A stretch of 64,000 nt of DNA. Origin: Octopus sinensis (taxonomy: Eukaryota). The notes beneath the pieces are model-generated. The model made no database searches and had not been told where the DNA came from. It worked only from the letters and a program-made list of their open reading frames with translations. The translations under genes were made by a program, and so were the position numbers. Where the stretch lies: the NCBI RefSeq assembly GCF_006345805.1, contig NC_043011.1, forward strand, positions 6,572,001 to 6,636,000, in the 5' to 3' direction. Below are positions 37,723 to 49,974 of this stretch, in pieces. Each line of letters begins with the position of its first letter. Within the stretch, counting starts at the first letter, position 1.

Positions 37723-38450
37723 GGAAAGAAAGATTGTGTGCGTGAGAGAATGTGTGTGTGTGTGTGGGAGAAAGAGTATGTGTGAGAGAGAGAGAGAGGA
37801 GAAAGGGAAAGAAGATTGTGTGCGTGAGAGAATGTGTGTGTGTGTGTGTGGGAGAAAGAGTATGTGTGAGAGAGAGAGAGAGAGAGAAAGGAAAGAAAGA
37901 TTGTGTGCGTGAGAGAATGTGTGTGTGTGTGTGGGAGAAAGAGTATGTGTGAGAGAGAGAGAGAGAGAGAAAGGAAAGAAAGATTGTGTGCGTGAGAGAA
38001 TGTGTGTGTGTGGTGGGAGAAAGAGTATGTGTGAGAGAGAGGCAGAGAGAGTGCGTGTGTGTGTGTGTATGTGCACGTTTATTAGATCATAGAATACTGT
38101 AGTGTGTGTGTGTGTGTCACTATGTGCCTGTGTTTATGCAGACATGGTGTGTGCGTGCGCACATGTGTGCTTATTGCATTAAGGAACGCTGTATATGTTT
38201 GTCATGTAACGGTAATACAGTGTATGTCAGTGTTTATCAGATTAGGGAATACTTTGTGTATTTGTCATACAACAGAAAGAATACAGCGTGCGTGTGTGTG
38301 TGTGTGTCAGAGTTATACAATCCAGGTTTGGCATTATTGTGTATGTGTGTGTGTGTGTGGATGTGAATGTATGAGAATACGAAAGTCTGTGTGTGTGTGT
38401 GTGTGTGTGTGACAGTGGGAGGTGCATTAGTGCATGTGTGTGAGAGAGAA
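36872..38450. repeat. Tandem segmental duplication (~768-bp period) containing a ~60-bp (GA)n/(GT)n minisatellite
   Basis: AGATCATAGAATACTGTAG...CACTATGTGCCTGTG recurs at ~37315 and ~38083; GGGAAAGAAAGATTGTGTGCGTGAGAGAATG units repeat about 10 times. Confidence 0.93.
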
Positions 38451-38989
38451 AGAGAGAAAGGCAGAAAATGAAAATGTTAGTGTATATACACACACGTATG
38501 TGTGTGTGTGTGTGTGCGTGTGTGTGTAAGAGTAAAATAAAGCTCAAACAACAGCAACATATTGGAAGAAGAAAGCAAAAGACGAGTGAAGTCTCTCTAT
38601 AAACCTTAAGGAATTGGAGCAAAGAATGGTAGCAGAGTTCATGGAGCACTGTAGAGGTGGTGGTGGTGATGGTGGAATGATGGAAGATGATGCAGTAGTG
38701 TAATGTTGATGTAGTAGTGTTGGCGGTGGGGAGATGTAGAAGAGGTAGTAGAGGGTTGAATGTGGTGGTGGTGGTGGTGAGAGAGGGAGGGAGATGGCCT
38801 GTGATATCAGGCAGTTGTACAGCTGGTTGTGAGTGTGTGTGCGTGCGCATGAGACGGTGTGTGTGTGCGTGTGTGTGTGTGGAGAGTGGGAGAGAGAAGG
38901 AAAGGTGGTGGTGGATTTAAAATGGAAGATTATGGGGAGCAGGGTAGAGTGAAACAGACAAACAGACAGAAAAATATCTGGGAATGACA

Positions 38990-39305
38990 GACACAAGAAA
39001 TAAAGGTTTACAGAGAGAGGGAGGGAGAGAGAGAGAAAGAGAGAGAGAGCAAGAGAGAAAAAGAAAGAGATGGAGAGAGAGAGAGCAAGAGAGAAAAAGA
39101 AAGAGAGGGAGAGAAAGAGAGAGCAAGGGAGAAAGAGAAAGAGCGGGAGAGAAAGAGCAAGAGAGAAAGAGAGAGAGCAAGAGAGAAAAAGAAAGAGAGA
39201 GAAAGAAAGAGAGCAAGGGAGAAAAAGAAAGAGAGAGAAAGAAAGAGAGCAAGAGAGAAAGAAAGAGAGAGAGAGAGAGAGCAAGGGAGAGAAAGAAAGA
39301 GAGAA
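38990..39305. repeat. Purine-rich (GA)n/(AAAG)n compound array
   Basis: Directly visible. Confidence 0.93.
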
Positions 39306-39541
39306 TCAAAACAAATCCAGCAACTCCTGTTTCTTTCTCCCATTTTGTTTTTTATCCTCCAAGGAAGGATGCGAAGGGATAAGTTGAGAAGAGGAGAACA
39401 CACGTTTGTGTGTGTGTGTGTGTGTGAAAGAGGGAGAGGGGGGTGGGGTGGAGAAGAAACCCTGTATGGTAGGTAGCACACCATTTTTTCACTTCTATAT
39501 ACGTGTATGTATATAATGTTATATATTATGTACGATATGTA

Positions 39542-39578
<37 letters not shown>

Positions 39579-39768
39579 GCGTGCATATGTGTGATATTTA
39601 TGTACACATACACACACACACATATATATGTATGTACGCATATATAAAATGTGTGTGTGTGTATATATATATGTGTATATTGTGATATTTATGTATATAT
39701 AGTATGTGTGTGATATTTATGTACACACACACACACACACATATATATGTATGTATGCATATATAAAA

Positions 39769-39799
<31 letters not shown>

Positions 39800-39822
39800 G
39801 TGTATATTATGTGTGATATTTA

Positions 39823-39864
<42 letters not shown>

Positions 39865-40445
39865 CATATTATGTGTGATATTTATGTATATATAGTATGT
39901 GTGTGATATATATGTACACATACACACACACATATATGTATGTATGCATATATAAAATGTGTGGTGTGTGTGTGTGTGTGTGGTTAAACAACAAAGAGTT
40001 AAAGAAGAGCCAAAGAATTAAACAAATAAAAACACATAAAAACAACTCAAACAAATAAAGTTTAAATAAACATCCCCCCCTCTCCTCCACCTCCTTCTCA
40101 AGAAAGGTAAAAAAAAACAAAAAAAAGAAGAAAAGCAGAACAAGGTGAATATTACACAACATTCCCCATAACTATCTGTAGTAGTAGTAGTAGTAGTGGT
40201 GGTGGTATTGGTGGTGGTGCCGTGGAGGAATTTCAGAATACAAAATTTGGTCACTAATGTAAGGGTTGCAGTTTCAATCCCAGCCAGAATCGTTGATATC
40301 AACTGAGGCCTGAGCTGCTGCTGCTGCCGCTGGTGTTTCTAGAAGAAGTGGTGTTGGTGTCAATGACTTTGAAGTTTTGGAAGACTATCAGGCTGAAACT
40401 TCGAAGTCACTATCACCACTTTTCTTGTAAAAGTACAATAAACAT

Positions 40446-41280
40446 AGGCGCAGGAGTGGCTGTGTGATAAGTAGCTCGTTTACCAACCACATGGTTCTGG
40501 GTTCAGTCCCACTGCGTGGCATCTTGGGCAAGTGTCTTCTGCTATAGCCCCAGGCCGACCAATGCCTTGTGAGTGGATTTGGTAGATGGAAACTGAAAGA
40601 AGCCTGTCGTATATATGTATATATATATATGTGTGTGTGTTTGTGTGTCTGTGTTTGTCCCCCTAGCATTGCTTGACAACCGATGCTGGTGTGTTTATGT
40701 CCCCGTCACTTAGCGGTTCGGCAAAAAGAGACCGATAGAATAAGTACTGGGCTTACAAAGAATAAGTCCCGGGATCGATTTGATTGACTAAAGGCGGTGC
40801 TCCAGCATGGCCACAGTCAAATGACTGAAACAAGTAAAAGAGAGTTAAGAGTATATTGGTCACAAAAAAGTGTTGAGTAATTTTTCAGTTTTGTTAAAAA
40901 AGCTTTCATTATATTTCAACAGGCGTGGCTGCATGGTAAGAAGTTTGCTTCCCAATCCCATGGCTCTGGGTTCAACCCCACTGCTTGGCACTTTGGGCAA
41001 GCATCTTCTACTATACGGCCTCAGACTGACAGAAACCGTTGTGAGTGGATTTGGTACATGGAAATTGAAAGAAGCTCGTGTGTGTGTTTGTGTGTGCATG
41101 CGTACCCGACCCACTGCTTAACAACCAGAGTTGGTTTGTTTATATCCCCATAAATTAACAGTTAAACGAAAGAGACCAATAGAATAAGAACAAGACTTAA
41201 AAAAAAGTACTAGAGTTGATTTGACTAAAACCTCTTCAACGTGGTGCCCCAGCATGGCCAGTCTGATGACCGAGAAAAAA
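40446..41280 (+). mobile_element. SINE family A full-length copy (40446-40850) followed by a diverged copy (40920-41280)
   Basis: Heads TAGGCGCAGGAG and CAGGCGTGGCTG; both have GTTCA B boxes and tails. Confidence 0.88.
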
Positions 41281-41517
41281 AGAAAAACACATACATATAT
41301 GCATGTATTACACGTGTGTGTGTGAGGTTAAGCAAAATAATTCAAAGTATCGGGGGTTAGCAACAGAAAAAGCATCCAACTGTAAATTCCTGGATCATTT
41401 ATCAAGATTGTCACCACACACACACAAAATGTACAGAGACTCTCAATTACCCAACGTGAGACATGAGGAGACATAGTTATTTTATGTAGGTGCAATACGC
41501 GTACAAGCTTGCACATA

Positions 41518-42916
41518 GGGTCATCCCATTAATAATGCGACCTTTTCAATTGCATGAATTAAAGTCGGAAGGGGACGAGATAAACTACCTGCATGAACTT
41601 GCTATAAAAGCAGGTAGTAATTTTACCTTGTACTTATTCTTAGTGCAAGTTTTGAAGAGTGCAGTTCGATTTAAGTTATTTTTACAAAGCTACAGGGTCA
41701 GGCAAAATGATCTGACACATTTGTAGGTTAAAGAAAAGGCATTGTTTATCGTTTCTTTTTCAGTTGCTGCCATGAATTGGACTGGTGAGCATCGCACTTT
41801 CATTGTGGAAATGTTTATCAAAACAAACGATTCTGTAACTGCAACACAAAGAGCGTTCCGTTTGCACTTCAATCTTGGTAGACATGATACTGTACCAGCT
41901 CGAAACACGATCTTGTTATGGGTTACCAACTTCAGAGCTACTGGATCTGCATTGAAACGAAAATCAACTGGCCGACCTCGCACCGCCAGAACTTAAAGAT
42001 GCAATTCGTCAAGAAATTACTGCCATTCCACATGAAATGACCCGCCGAGTTATTGACAACTTTCGTGAACGCCTTCGACAGTGTGTGGACAATGATGGAT
42101 CCCATTTGACTGATTTAATTTTTAAAACATAATGAAACAAAATGGCATTATATGAACTTTTCAAAAATAAAAACACTTTTTTGTTTCTTTACTTCATTTG
42201 CCTTTTATTTAACCTACAAATGTGTCAGGTCATTTTGCCTGACCCTGTATAATGAAAGTGACAAAGGAACATATTTGGCATATTTTGCTTTATGAGTTCA
42301 ATAAAAGCCACAACGCAACAGAAAGTGCAAGGAATATTAATGCAGTATATGGGGATCAGGCAATAAGTGTAAGCCAGTGTCAATGGTGGTTCCAGAAATT
42401 CTGAGCTGGAAACCACTGTCTAGAAGATGAGTCTTGTCCTGGGAGATCTGTAGAGCTTGATGCAGATGTTCTGCAAACTCTGGTGAAACAATATCCCATC
42501 GTAACTGTTGAGGAACTAGCAGAGAGGCTTGGATTTGGTCATTCAATCATTCATCAACACCGGTGCCAGAAGAAAAACGACCATCTTTGGTTTCAAGACA
42601 AAAGGTGTTCTTCCATCAGGATAATGCCCAGCCACATACAGTGAGGATGACATTCCAAAGGGTGGAGCAGTTTGGATGGGAAACGATGCCCCACCTAGTA
42701 TATTCACTGGACATTGCCCCATCTGATCATCATTTATTCTGCAATCTCCAAACTCATTTGGACAGAAAAAATATGAATTCTGTAGACAAGACCAGAAAAG
42801 CATTGGAGGAGTATTTTTTGTCATGGAGAAGAGAAATTTGGAAGAGGGACTTTGCAAATCTTCCAGACAGATGGAAGAGCATTGTAGAAAATGAGGGAGA
42901 GTATATTTCAGATTAA
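41518..42916 (+). mobile_element. Mariner (D,D34D-type) transposon, internally deleted and inactivated, hosting a nested element
   Basis: Probable 5' TIR after TA at 41516; ATG 42252 MKVTKEHIWHILLYEFNKSHNATESARNINAVYG...WWFQKF*; fused to FFHQDNAQPH...YSLDIAPSDHHLF...LPDRWKSIVENEGEYISD*; no 3' TIR seen. Confidence 0.88.
41693..42247 (+). mobile_element. Tc1/mariner (maT/rosa-like) internal-deletion derivative with intact TIRs
   Basis: TA at 41691-41692 and 42248-42249; 40-bp TIRs with one mismatch; MNWTGEHRTFIVEMF...GRPRTART (HTH) fused out of frame to ELKDAIRQEITAIP...RLRQCVDNDGSHLTDLIFKT*. Confidence 0.93.
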
Positions 42917-43029
42917 AAACAGAACTTGTTTGTCGATGAGGGTCTGGGCAGGTTTTTTTTTAAACTCCAGGTGCCTCCAAAGCAAGAAATGATTATTAGT
43001 TTGTCTCTTTATACTGTGTACATTAAATG

Positions 43030-43395
43030 TCATCATCATCACCATCACTCAATGTCTGCATTCCATGTTGGCATGGGTTAGATGGTTTGACTGGAACTGG
43101 TAAGCCAGAGAATTGCTCCAGGTTCCAGTTTGATTTTGGTTTGGTTTCTGTGGTTGGATGCCCTTCCTAAAGCCAACCACTCCATAGTGTACTGGGTGCT
43201 TTTAATGTGCCACTGGCACGGATGCCAGTCATGTAACACCAACACTGGCCACAACTCTGATTTCACTTGGCTTGAGAAGTCTTCTCAAGCGTAGCATATT
43301 GCTACGGGTCTCAGTCATTTGTCATTGCCCCTGTGAAGCCCAACATTCGAAGATCATGCTTCACCACCTTGTCCCGTGTCTTTCTGAGTCTACCT
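43030..43395 (-). mobile_element. RTE LINE 3' end including ORF C-terminus
   Basis: Minus strand GKGRLRKTRDKVVKHDLRMLGFTGAMTND; (CAT)n tail at ~43030. Confidence 0.85.
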
Positions 43396-44584
43396 TTTCC
43401 ACACACACATACGCACACACTGGTGCTGGTGCCATGTAAAAAGCTCCCAGTCCACTCTGTAAAGTAGCTGACATAAGGAAGGGCATGCAACCCGAAAACC
43501 AATGCAGACAGCAGAGCTTAGCATAGTCCTTCCTCAGGCTCGTTGGCTTCTGCCAGGCTGTCCAACCCATGCCAGCATGGAAAACGAATGTTAGATGAAT
43601 ATGATGATGATGATGATGGTGATGACCTTGCCATCTCCCTAATACTTGATAGTGGGAGCTTTTTCCCTTTCATTCCTTTTTTGTCCAGCAAGTTACATGG
43701 CAATCTGACTAGTGCCGATGGCATGAAGAAGGGCACCCACACTACACTGTTAAAATGGTTGGCATTAGGAAAGACATCCTGCCATAGAAACCATACTAAA
43801 AATGACATTGGAACTTGATGCATCCCTGCAGCTTGCTGGTTCCCTTGTCAAACAGTCCAAGCCATGCCAGCATAGAAAGCAGATGTTAAACAATGATGAT
43901 GACACACACACAATCCATTAAAACCTCTTTCCCGTATCACTTTGTCATCTAATTTAGAAGCATTTCCTTAACGAAAGCAGAACATTGTTCAGATTAAGGA
44001 TGTGTACACAGATGTTTGTGTGTGTTTGTATTTAACAACAAAAACATCTTACACACACACACACACAATATGGCAACTTCCTTCCAAACAGTTTGTTTTA
44101 ATCAGATTCTTTTGAAATAGTTAATAACTTGTAAGATTATCTTCCTTCAAATATTATAACTGCACATTTTGCAAAAAACTTTTAAAACACTGTACACACA
44201 CACATGTATGTTTTACGTGTGCATATGTGTGCACACACGTACTTCCATGGTGTCTGTTTTATCTTTTATGGTTAAACTCTCATCTTGCCATGTCAGCAAT
44301 AGTGTGTGTGCGTGTGTGTCAGTGTGTGTTGCTACTGCCTCATCCACTTCATTTTCACCTTAGTTACCTTTAAGAATTGGTAAATGATAACTCTATTGTG
44401 GGTGGTGGTGGTGGTGAGATAGTGAGGAGGTGGTAGTAAGGGGTTGTAGGGAGAGGTATGAGCAGGGAGTTGTTTTGCAGGGTAGCGGGGTGGAGTGGGT
44501 GGGTGGGTTATGATTTGATTGTGTTTTGGTTTTGTCCAAAGAATGGTTTTAATCAACCACAACAAGGTGTATGCTTAAGGGAGA

Positions 44585-45205
44585 GAGACCCCTGAACTCA
44601 AGAACAAACTATGGCAAGGTATCTGTGTGTGAGCCCTTAATAACAGAACCTACTGCAGCAAAGTATCTGCATTTGTGATCCCTTCACATAAGAATCTACA
44701 AGAAGGTGTCTGTGTGTATGACCCCTAAACCTGAGAACTAACTCTGGCAAGGTATCAATGTGTGGCCCTTAAACCCAAGAACTAACTCAGGCACAGTATG
44801 TGTATTTGCATTCCCCTTAACATGAGAACCAACCCCAGCAAGGAGCTGATTCTCATCTTATTGTGATCCCTCAATACATGAACTAGTTACAGTGAGGGAT
44901 CTGCATGTGACCCCTTAACATAGAAACTAATTACAGCAAAATGTGTGTGTGTGCAACCCTTTAACCCTTTCGTTACTGTATTTATTTTGAGATGCTCTGT
45001 GTTTCTTCCAATTATTTTAAATATAACAAAGAATTTAGTAAAATAACATCGTTATCATTAGGAACATAAATTGTGACTAAGATTTGAATTTAAAACTTAT
45101 GAAAACAAGACATTTATACTAAAGACCCAGAGCCGGTTTCAGCCGGGTTGGTAACGAAAGGGTTAACAGGAGAAGCAAATACTTGGTGCATGTGAGGGCA
45201 TGTGC
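44585..45205. repeat. Highly diverged ~44-50-bp tandem minisatellite (~9 units), interrupted by a MITE
   Basis: Recurring GA(C/T)CCCT(T/A)AAC..AGAAC.AAC...GCAAGGTATCTG.TGT units. Confidence 0.75.
44965..45162. mobile_element. piggyBac-like MITE family 1, opposite orientation to 6807-7018
   Basis: TTAA at 44961-44964 and 45163-45166; TIR CCCTTTCGTTAC. Confidence 0.9.
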
Positions 45206-45249
45206 CTGCTGGAATGGAAAGAAAGAATGGTAGTAATGTTTGTACTTAC

Positions 45250-45254
45250 AATTT
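45250..45254 (-). other. Candidate 5-nt microexon (AAATT)
   Basis: Minus strand TTCACTAAC (branch-like) CTCTCTTCTTTACAG|AAATT|GTAAGTA. Confidence 0.35.
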
Positions 45255-46039
45255 CTGTAAAGAAGAGAGGTTAGTGAAATCTCCTTGTTTTAAGGCTTTG
45301 ATGGCATTCTCACTTAAATCCCTACAAACAAAGAAATCAGAGATTACAATATAGACAGGAATAATTAAAGGAACAATGTTCAATCAGCTGAAATAATTAA
45401 GGCTGTGTTTAAATAATGAAGAACACACTAAAATAATTAAGAAAACATCAACAGAATTAAGGTATCAAAGGTATATTTAATTAGAGATGTATTGGATTAA
45501 TTAATGATGCATTTAATTAATCATAGATATCTTAAAATGATTAAGGCATGTTAAAATGATTAATTGAAGTTGGTAGTGTAGTTAAGAAGTTTGTTTAGCA
45601 ATGAAGTGATTCCGGGTTCGAAGCATAGATTGGCTGGGATTTGTTGAGGCAGACTTCTGCGGTTGGATGCTCTTCCTGTCACCAACTCTCACCTGTTTTC
45701 CAAGTAAGGGAATATTTCTTCATGGCCAGACATGTTTTCAACGAAGATTGCAAATGAAGGACACTGCTTGCACGACAGTGGCACTCATTTACAACTATCA
45801 TCAGATGTCAAGACAAGGAGACAGTAAAACACACACACACACAACGGTTTTCTTACAGCCAGTCTCTACCGAATCCACTGGCAAGGTTTTGGTTGTCTTG
45901 GCTCTACAGTGGAAGCTACTTGCCAAAGTTGCTATGCATGGCACTGAACTTGAAACCTGCACGACACCTAAGGCAAATGACTTCTACTGCACACCTGGTC
46001 TGGCCCTAAGCCTTCTGGGTATCAAGGACTGAGAGGTCA

Positions 46040-46282
46040 TTAAACGAAGGGGTGGGCTTTAGATAAATGTTTTAATTTCAGAGTTGCTGAAGCATGGAAC
46101 AAACTGCCTGCATCAGTTGTTGACTGCCATGAGACTGCATCCTTTAAGGCCCTCATGCTTTCCGAAATCCGCCGAAACTACACCTGATTATATATACACT
46201 TTAGATGAGTTGTAGTGCACCTGAGCACTGTACACAATGTTTTATTATTATTATTATTATTATATTATTATTATTATTATTT
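46040..46282 (+). mobile_element. CR1-type LINE 3' end
   Basis: CFNFRVAEAWNKLPASVVDCHETASFKALMLSEIRRNYT*, short UTR, (TTA)n tail at 46243-46281. Confidence 0.85.
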
Positions 46283-46344
46283 TTTAATTACCTTAATTTT
46301 CAAAAAAAAAATCTTTAATTTCCCCTGTCAATAATCTAGAAACA

Positions 46345-46572
46345 TTTAACCGATTCTCAATCTGATCATTCTGCCAAATGCAGCGCTTATTTATTCCCGT
46401 TGTTTTAAATTAATCAAGCATTATCTCATAACATTAAGATTTCGATGATGTGGTCGTTTAATTTTAGAATGACATTGTAGGGTAGGTGTGAGAGGCTGGA
46501 TCTGTGCAGTCTGAACACAAAACTGGTAGAATATTTGGGCTGGACACGGATGGTTTAATTGCTAAATTGTTA
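46345..46572. mobile_element. piggyBac-like MITE family 2, diverged
   Basis: TTAACC...GACATTGTAGGGTAGGTGTGAGAGG...TTTAATTGCTAAATTGTTAA; homologous to 63258-63476. Confidence 0.7.
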
Positions 46573-47606
46573 AGAGTCAAAATGTTATTTTCGTATTTCA
46601 ATTAATCTTTTAATGGTGACCAACCTGTTGGAAGTAGTTTTTTTTTTTTGTGGTGGATTAAATTTTGTAGAATCATAATGAGAGGGACATTGAAAAAATG
46701 TCAGTAAAAGAAAGGGATGGTAGTTAAAAGTTTGAGACAATGCCCCAGAATGGCCACAACTCAATGTCTAGAATTATATAAAACAATATACACCCGTAAT
46801 TCAAGACTAAACTGACCGCAGTATTTTTTTATTGACCAGTTTAATATTGTGATGACCAAACAGGGATATCTTTACCTGGTTACTCACTATGTTAGAAATA
46901 ACAGCCAAATTTCTCTCAAATCACAATCATTTTTTAGAAAAAAGGAGGAACACATAGAATAATCTAGTCCAGCTCTTTTTCATTCTTCTTCTCTCACTAA
47001 CCACTTCTTTTTCTCTTATTCTCTTGATGTTTCCCTATCCTCTGATGAAGGGCCAATGTCCAAAACAAGACACCCCCCCTCTTTCCATTGAAGAGCTAAG
47101 CATATGCTGTATTTGTTTAAACCTTGTCCAGTCTTGCGCTGTTCATTTCTGTTGCTCATTGGTCTACCATAAGTTTCGTCAGCTTCTTACAGAAACCTAA
47201 CTTGTTGGGCTCAGCTGAATCCTATGAAACTAAGTTGGAAAGGGCCAAATCGAAGTGTTTTAAATAATAACAAGAGCACTCAGAGAGTGCAAACCTCCAC
47301 CAAGGCAACACCAACATCCTCTCAATGATTTTTAAAATACGAATATCTGAAATAAACTCGATTACTCTCACAAACGAGATTACTGATAAAGAACCCAACT
47401 GCTCTCAAAAATTAAGTAAAAAAAAAAACAGAAAAATAATCCAGAATCCTTGTCTGGTACCGGATTGATCCCAAAATATATTCAGTCCATGCCAGTCATG
47501 AGGCCAAACTTCCCTGAAATTATCATCCGAATTCATCCAGCGGTTCTTGAGATATCTTGTCCATGGACAGACAAACAAACAAGACTGAAAATAATAATAA
47601 TAATAA

Positions 47607-48022
47607 TCGTTTCTACTCTAGGCACAAGGGCTGAAATTTGCGGGAGGGGAAAAGTTGATTGCATCAACTCCAGTGCTTATTTGATATTTATTTTATTGGC
47701 CCTGAAAGGATGAAAGGCAAAGTTGACCTCGGCGGAATTTGAACTCAGAATGTAAAGACAAATGAAATACCACTAAGCATTTTGCCTGGCATGCTAACGA
47801 TTCTGCCAGCTTGCTGCCTTAATTAATAATCCTCTCTACTAAAGGTATAAGGCCTGGAATTTGCGGGGAAGGGGGGGGGGATAGTCAGTCACATCAACCC
47901 CAGTATTTAACTGGTATTTAATCATTGTGACCCCGAAAGGATGAAAGGCAAAGTTGTCCTCAGTGTCATTTGAACTCAGAATGTAAAGTCAGAAGAAATG
48001 TTACTAACACCAACTTATTGCC

Positions 48023-48063
<41 letters not shown>

Positions 48064-48356
48064 TTCAAATTTTGCAACAAGGGCAGCCATTTTGGGGTGG
48101 GGATGAGACAATTAGATCAACCCCCAGTGTTCATCTGGTACTTATTTTATTGACCCCGAAAGGATGAAAGGCAAAGTCAACCTTGGCGGGGAAGAGGTAA
48201 GATGATTCTAGCACTTGACTGGTACTTAATTTATTGACCCCAAAAGGAAGAAAGGCAAAGTTGACCTCAACTGAATTTGAACTCAGAACATAGAGACTGA
48301 CGAAATGCTACTAAGCATTTTGCCCAGCATGCTAACAATTCTGCCAGCAAACTACC

Positions 48357-48388
<32 letters not shown>

Positions 48389-48550
48389 CAATGACCCCAG
48401 TGATCGACTGGTACTTAATTTATTGACCCCACTGAAAGGATAAAAGACAAAACTGACCTCAGCAAAATTTGAACTCAGAATGTAAAGACAGATTAAATAC
48501 CACTAAGCATTTTGCCCAGTGTGCTAACAATTCTGCCAGCTCACTGCCTT
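47607..48550 (-). mobile_element. Cluster of about 5 same-orientation SINE family B copies separated by (TAA)n
   Basis: Repeated GAAAGGATGAAAGGCAAAGT..ACCTC...TTTGAACTCAGAA...CTAAGCATTTTGCC...TTCTGCCAGC...CCTTAATAAT. Confidence 0.92.
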
Positions 48551-49209
48551 AATAATAACAACAATAATAACAATAACAATATATATATAATGTGTGCGTG
48601 TTAAAGTTAATTTCTGCTTGGAGTCTGGAACCTTATTTGGCCAGAGCTTATTTTCGTTTTTGTGGTGTTTAAGTAAAATGGTCTGTCACCGGGTTAAACC
48701 CCTAGATATCACTGGTACTCATTTTCATCTAAATAGACAAAAGCAACATGAAGTGAAGTGCCTTGCTCAAGGATACCCTTTTGCACTGAGAACTGAACCC
48801 ATGAACTAAGACTTGTGTGCCAAACGCCCTAACCACAATGCTAGATACCTTCACACACACACACACACACACACACAGAAACGTGTGTACATATGTATAC
48901 ACATACACAGAGAAACGTGTGTGCATATGTATACACACACACACAGAGAAACGTATGTGCATATGTATACACACACACACACACACACACACATGTACAT
49001 AAAATATTTTTGGGCATCATCATACGCCACCCCTTTACTTTGGTAAGGAGATCTGATAAAGAATGAAATAAAGAGCTAAGGGGTCAGAAAGGGGTTAGAG
49101 TGATTGTGGAGGTTGGTGGCATTTTAGGGTGTCAGGAAATCCCTAAAAAGAACTTCCTTTGCAAATTGGAGAGAGAGGAATAAGTGTGTGTGTGTGTGCA
49201 TACGTATAA

Positions 49210-49276
<67 letters not shown>

Positions 49277-49299
49277 TATATATATATATTATATATATA

Positions 49300-49332
<33 letters not shown>

Positions 49333-49764
49333 CATACATATACACACACCTAGACATGGGTGTACATATGCGTGTTAAAATAAACAAACTCGCGCCAAAG
49401 TTGGAATGAAAGATGTGGTGAAAGAGTGCAGCTGATGTTTGGAATGTAAGTTCATGCATGTGAGTGCCCGAGATTAAGAGTATGTATGTGTTTGTGTGTG
49501 TGTGTGCGCGTGCACGTGTCTGTGATTAAGTGTGTATATATGGATGCCTGTGGGTGCATAGGAGTCCCTGGAAATAAGGGTGGATGTCTATATGTGTGTG
49601 TTTGTTTATTTAGTCTGTGTATGCTTGTATAAACAGGAGTCTGGGGGGGGGGGTGATACTGGATGAAATTAAGTGTGGATAACTGTAAAATGAAGTCCAT
49701 GTAGAACTATGTAACACACACACATATATATGTAATATATGATATGTATGCAATACACAAGGGT

Positions 49765-49973
49765 GGGGTGCTGAAAAGTTCCTGGCTTTAGGGGTGTCAC
49801 AAAAAGCTTTGTTGGAGGACCAAGCTTCCGAGTTCTTTTACAGGGCTTAGAAAAACTGAAGGACCGCTGCAATAAATGAGTGAAACTGAGAGGGGAACAT
49901 GTTGAATAAAAGCATAATTAACTGATCTTCCTGTAATTTCTTTTACCCAAAGCCAGGAACTTTTTAGCACCTC
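49765..49973 (+). mobile_element. Mariner-derived MITE
   Basis: TIRs GGGGTGCTGAAAAGTTCCTGGCTTT / AAAGCCAGGAACTTTTTAGCACCTC; retains transposase end LQGLEKLKDRCNK*VKLRGEHVE*. Confidence 0.85.
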
Positions 49974-49974
49974 A

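Noticed and set aside
44585-44960. CRISPR-like appearance of the ~45-bp array
   Set aside because: No identical direct repeats, no unique spacers, no cas genes, eukaryotic context.
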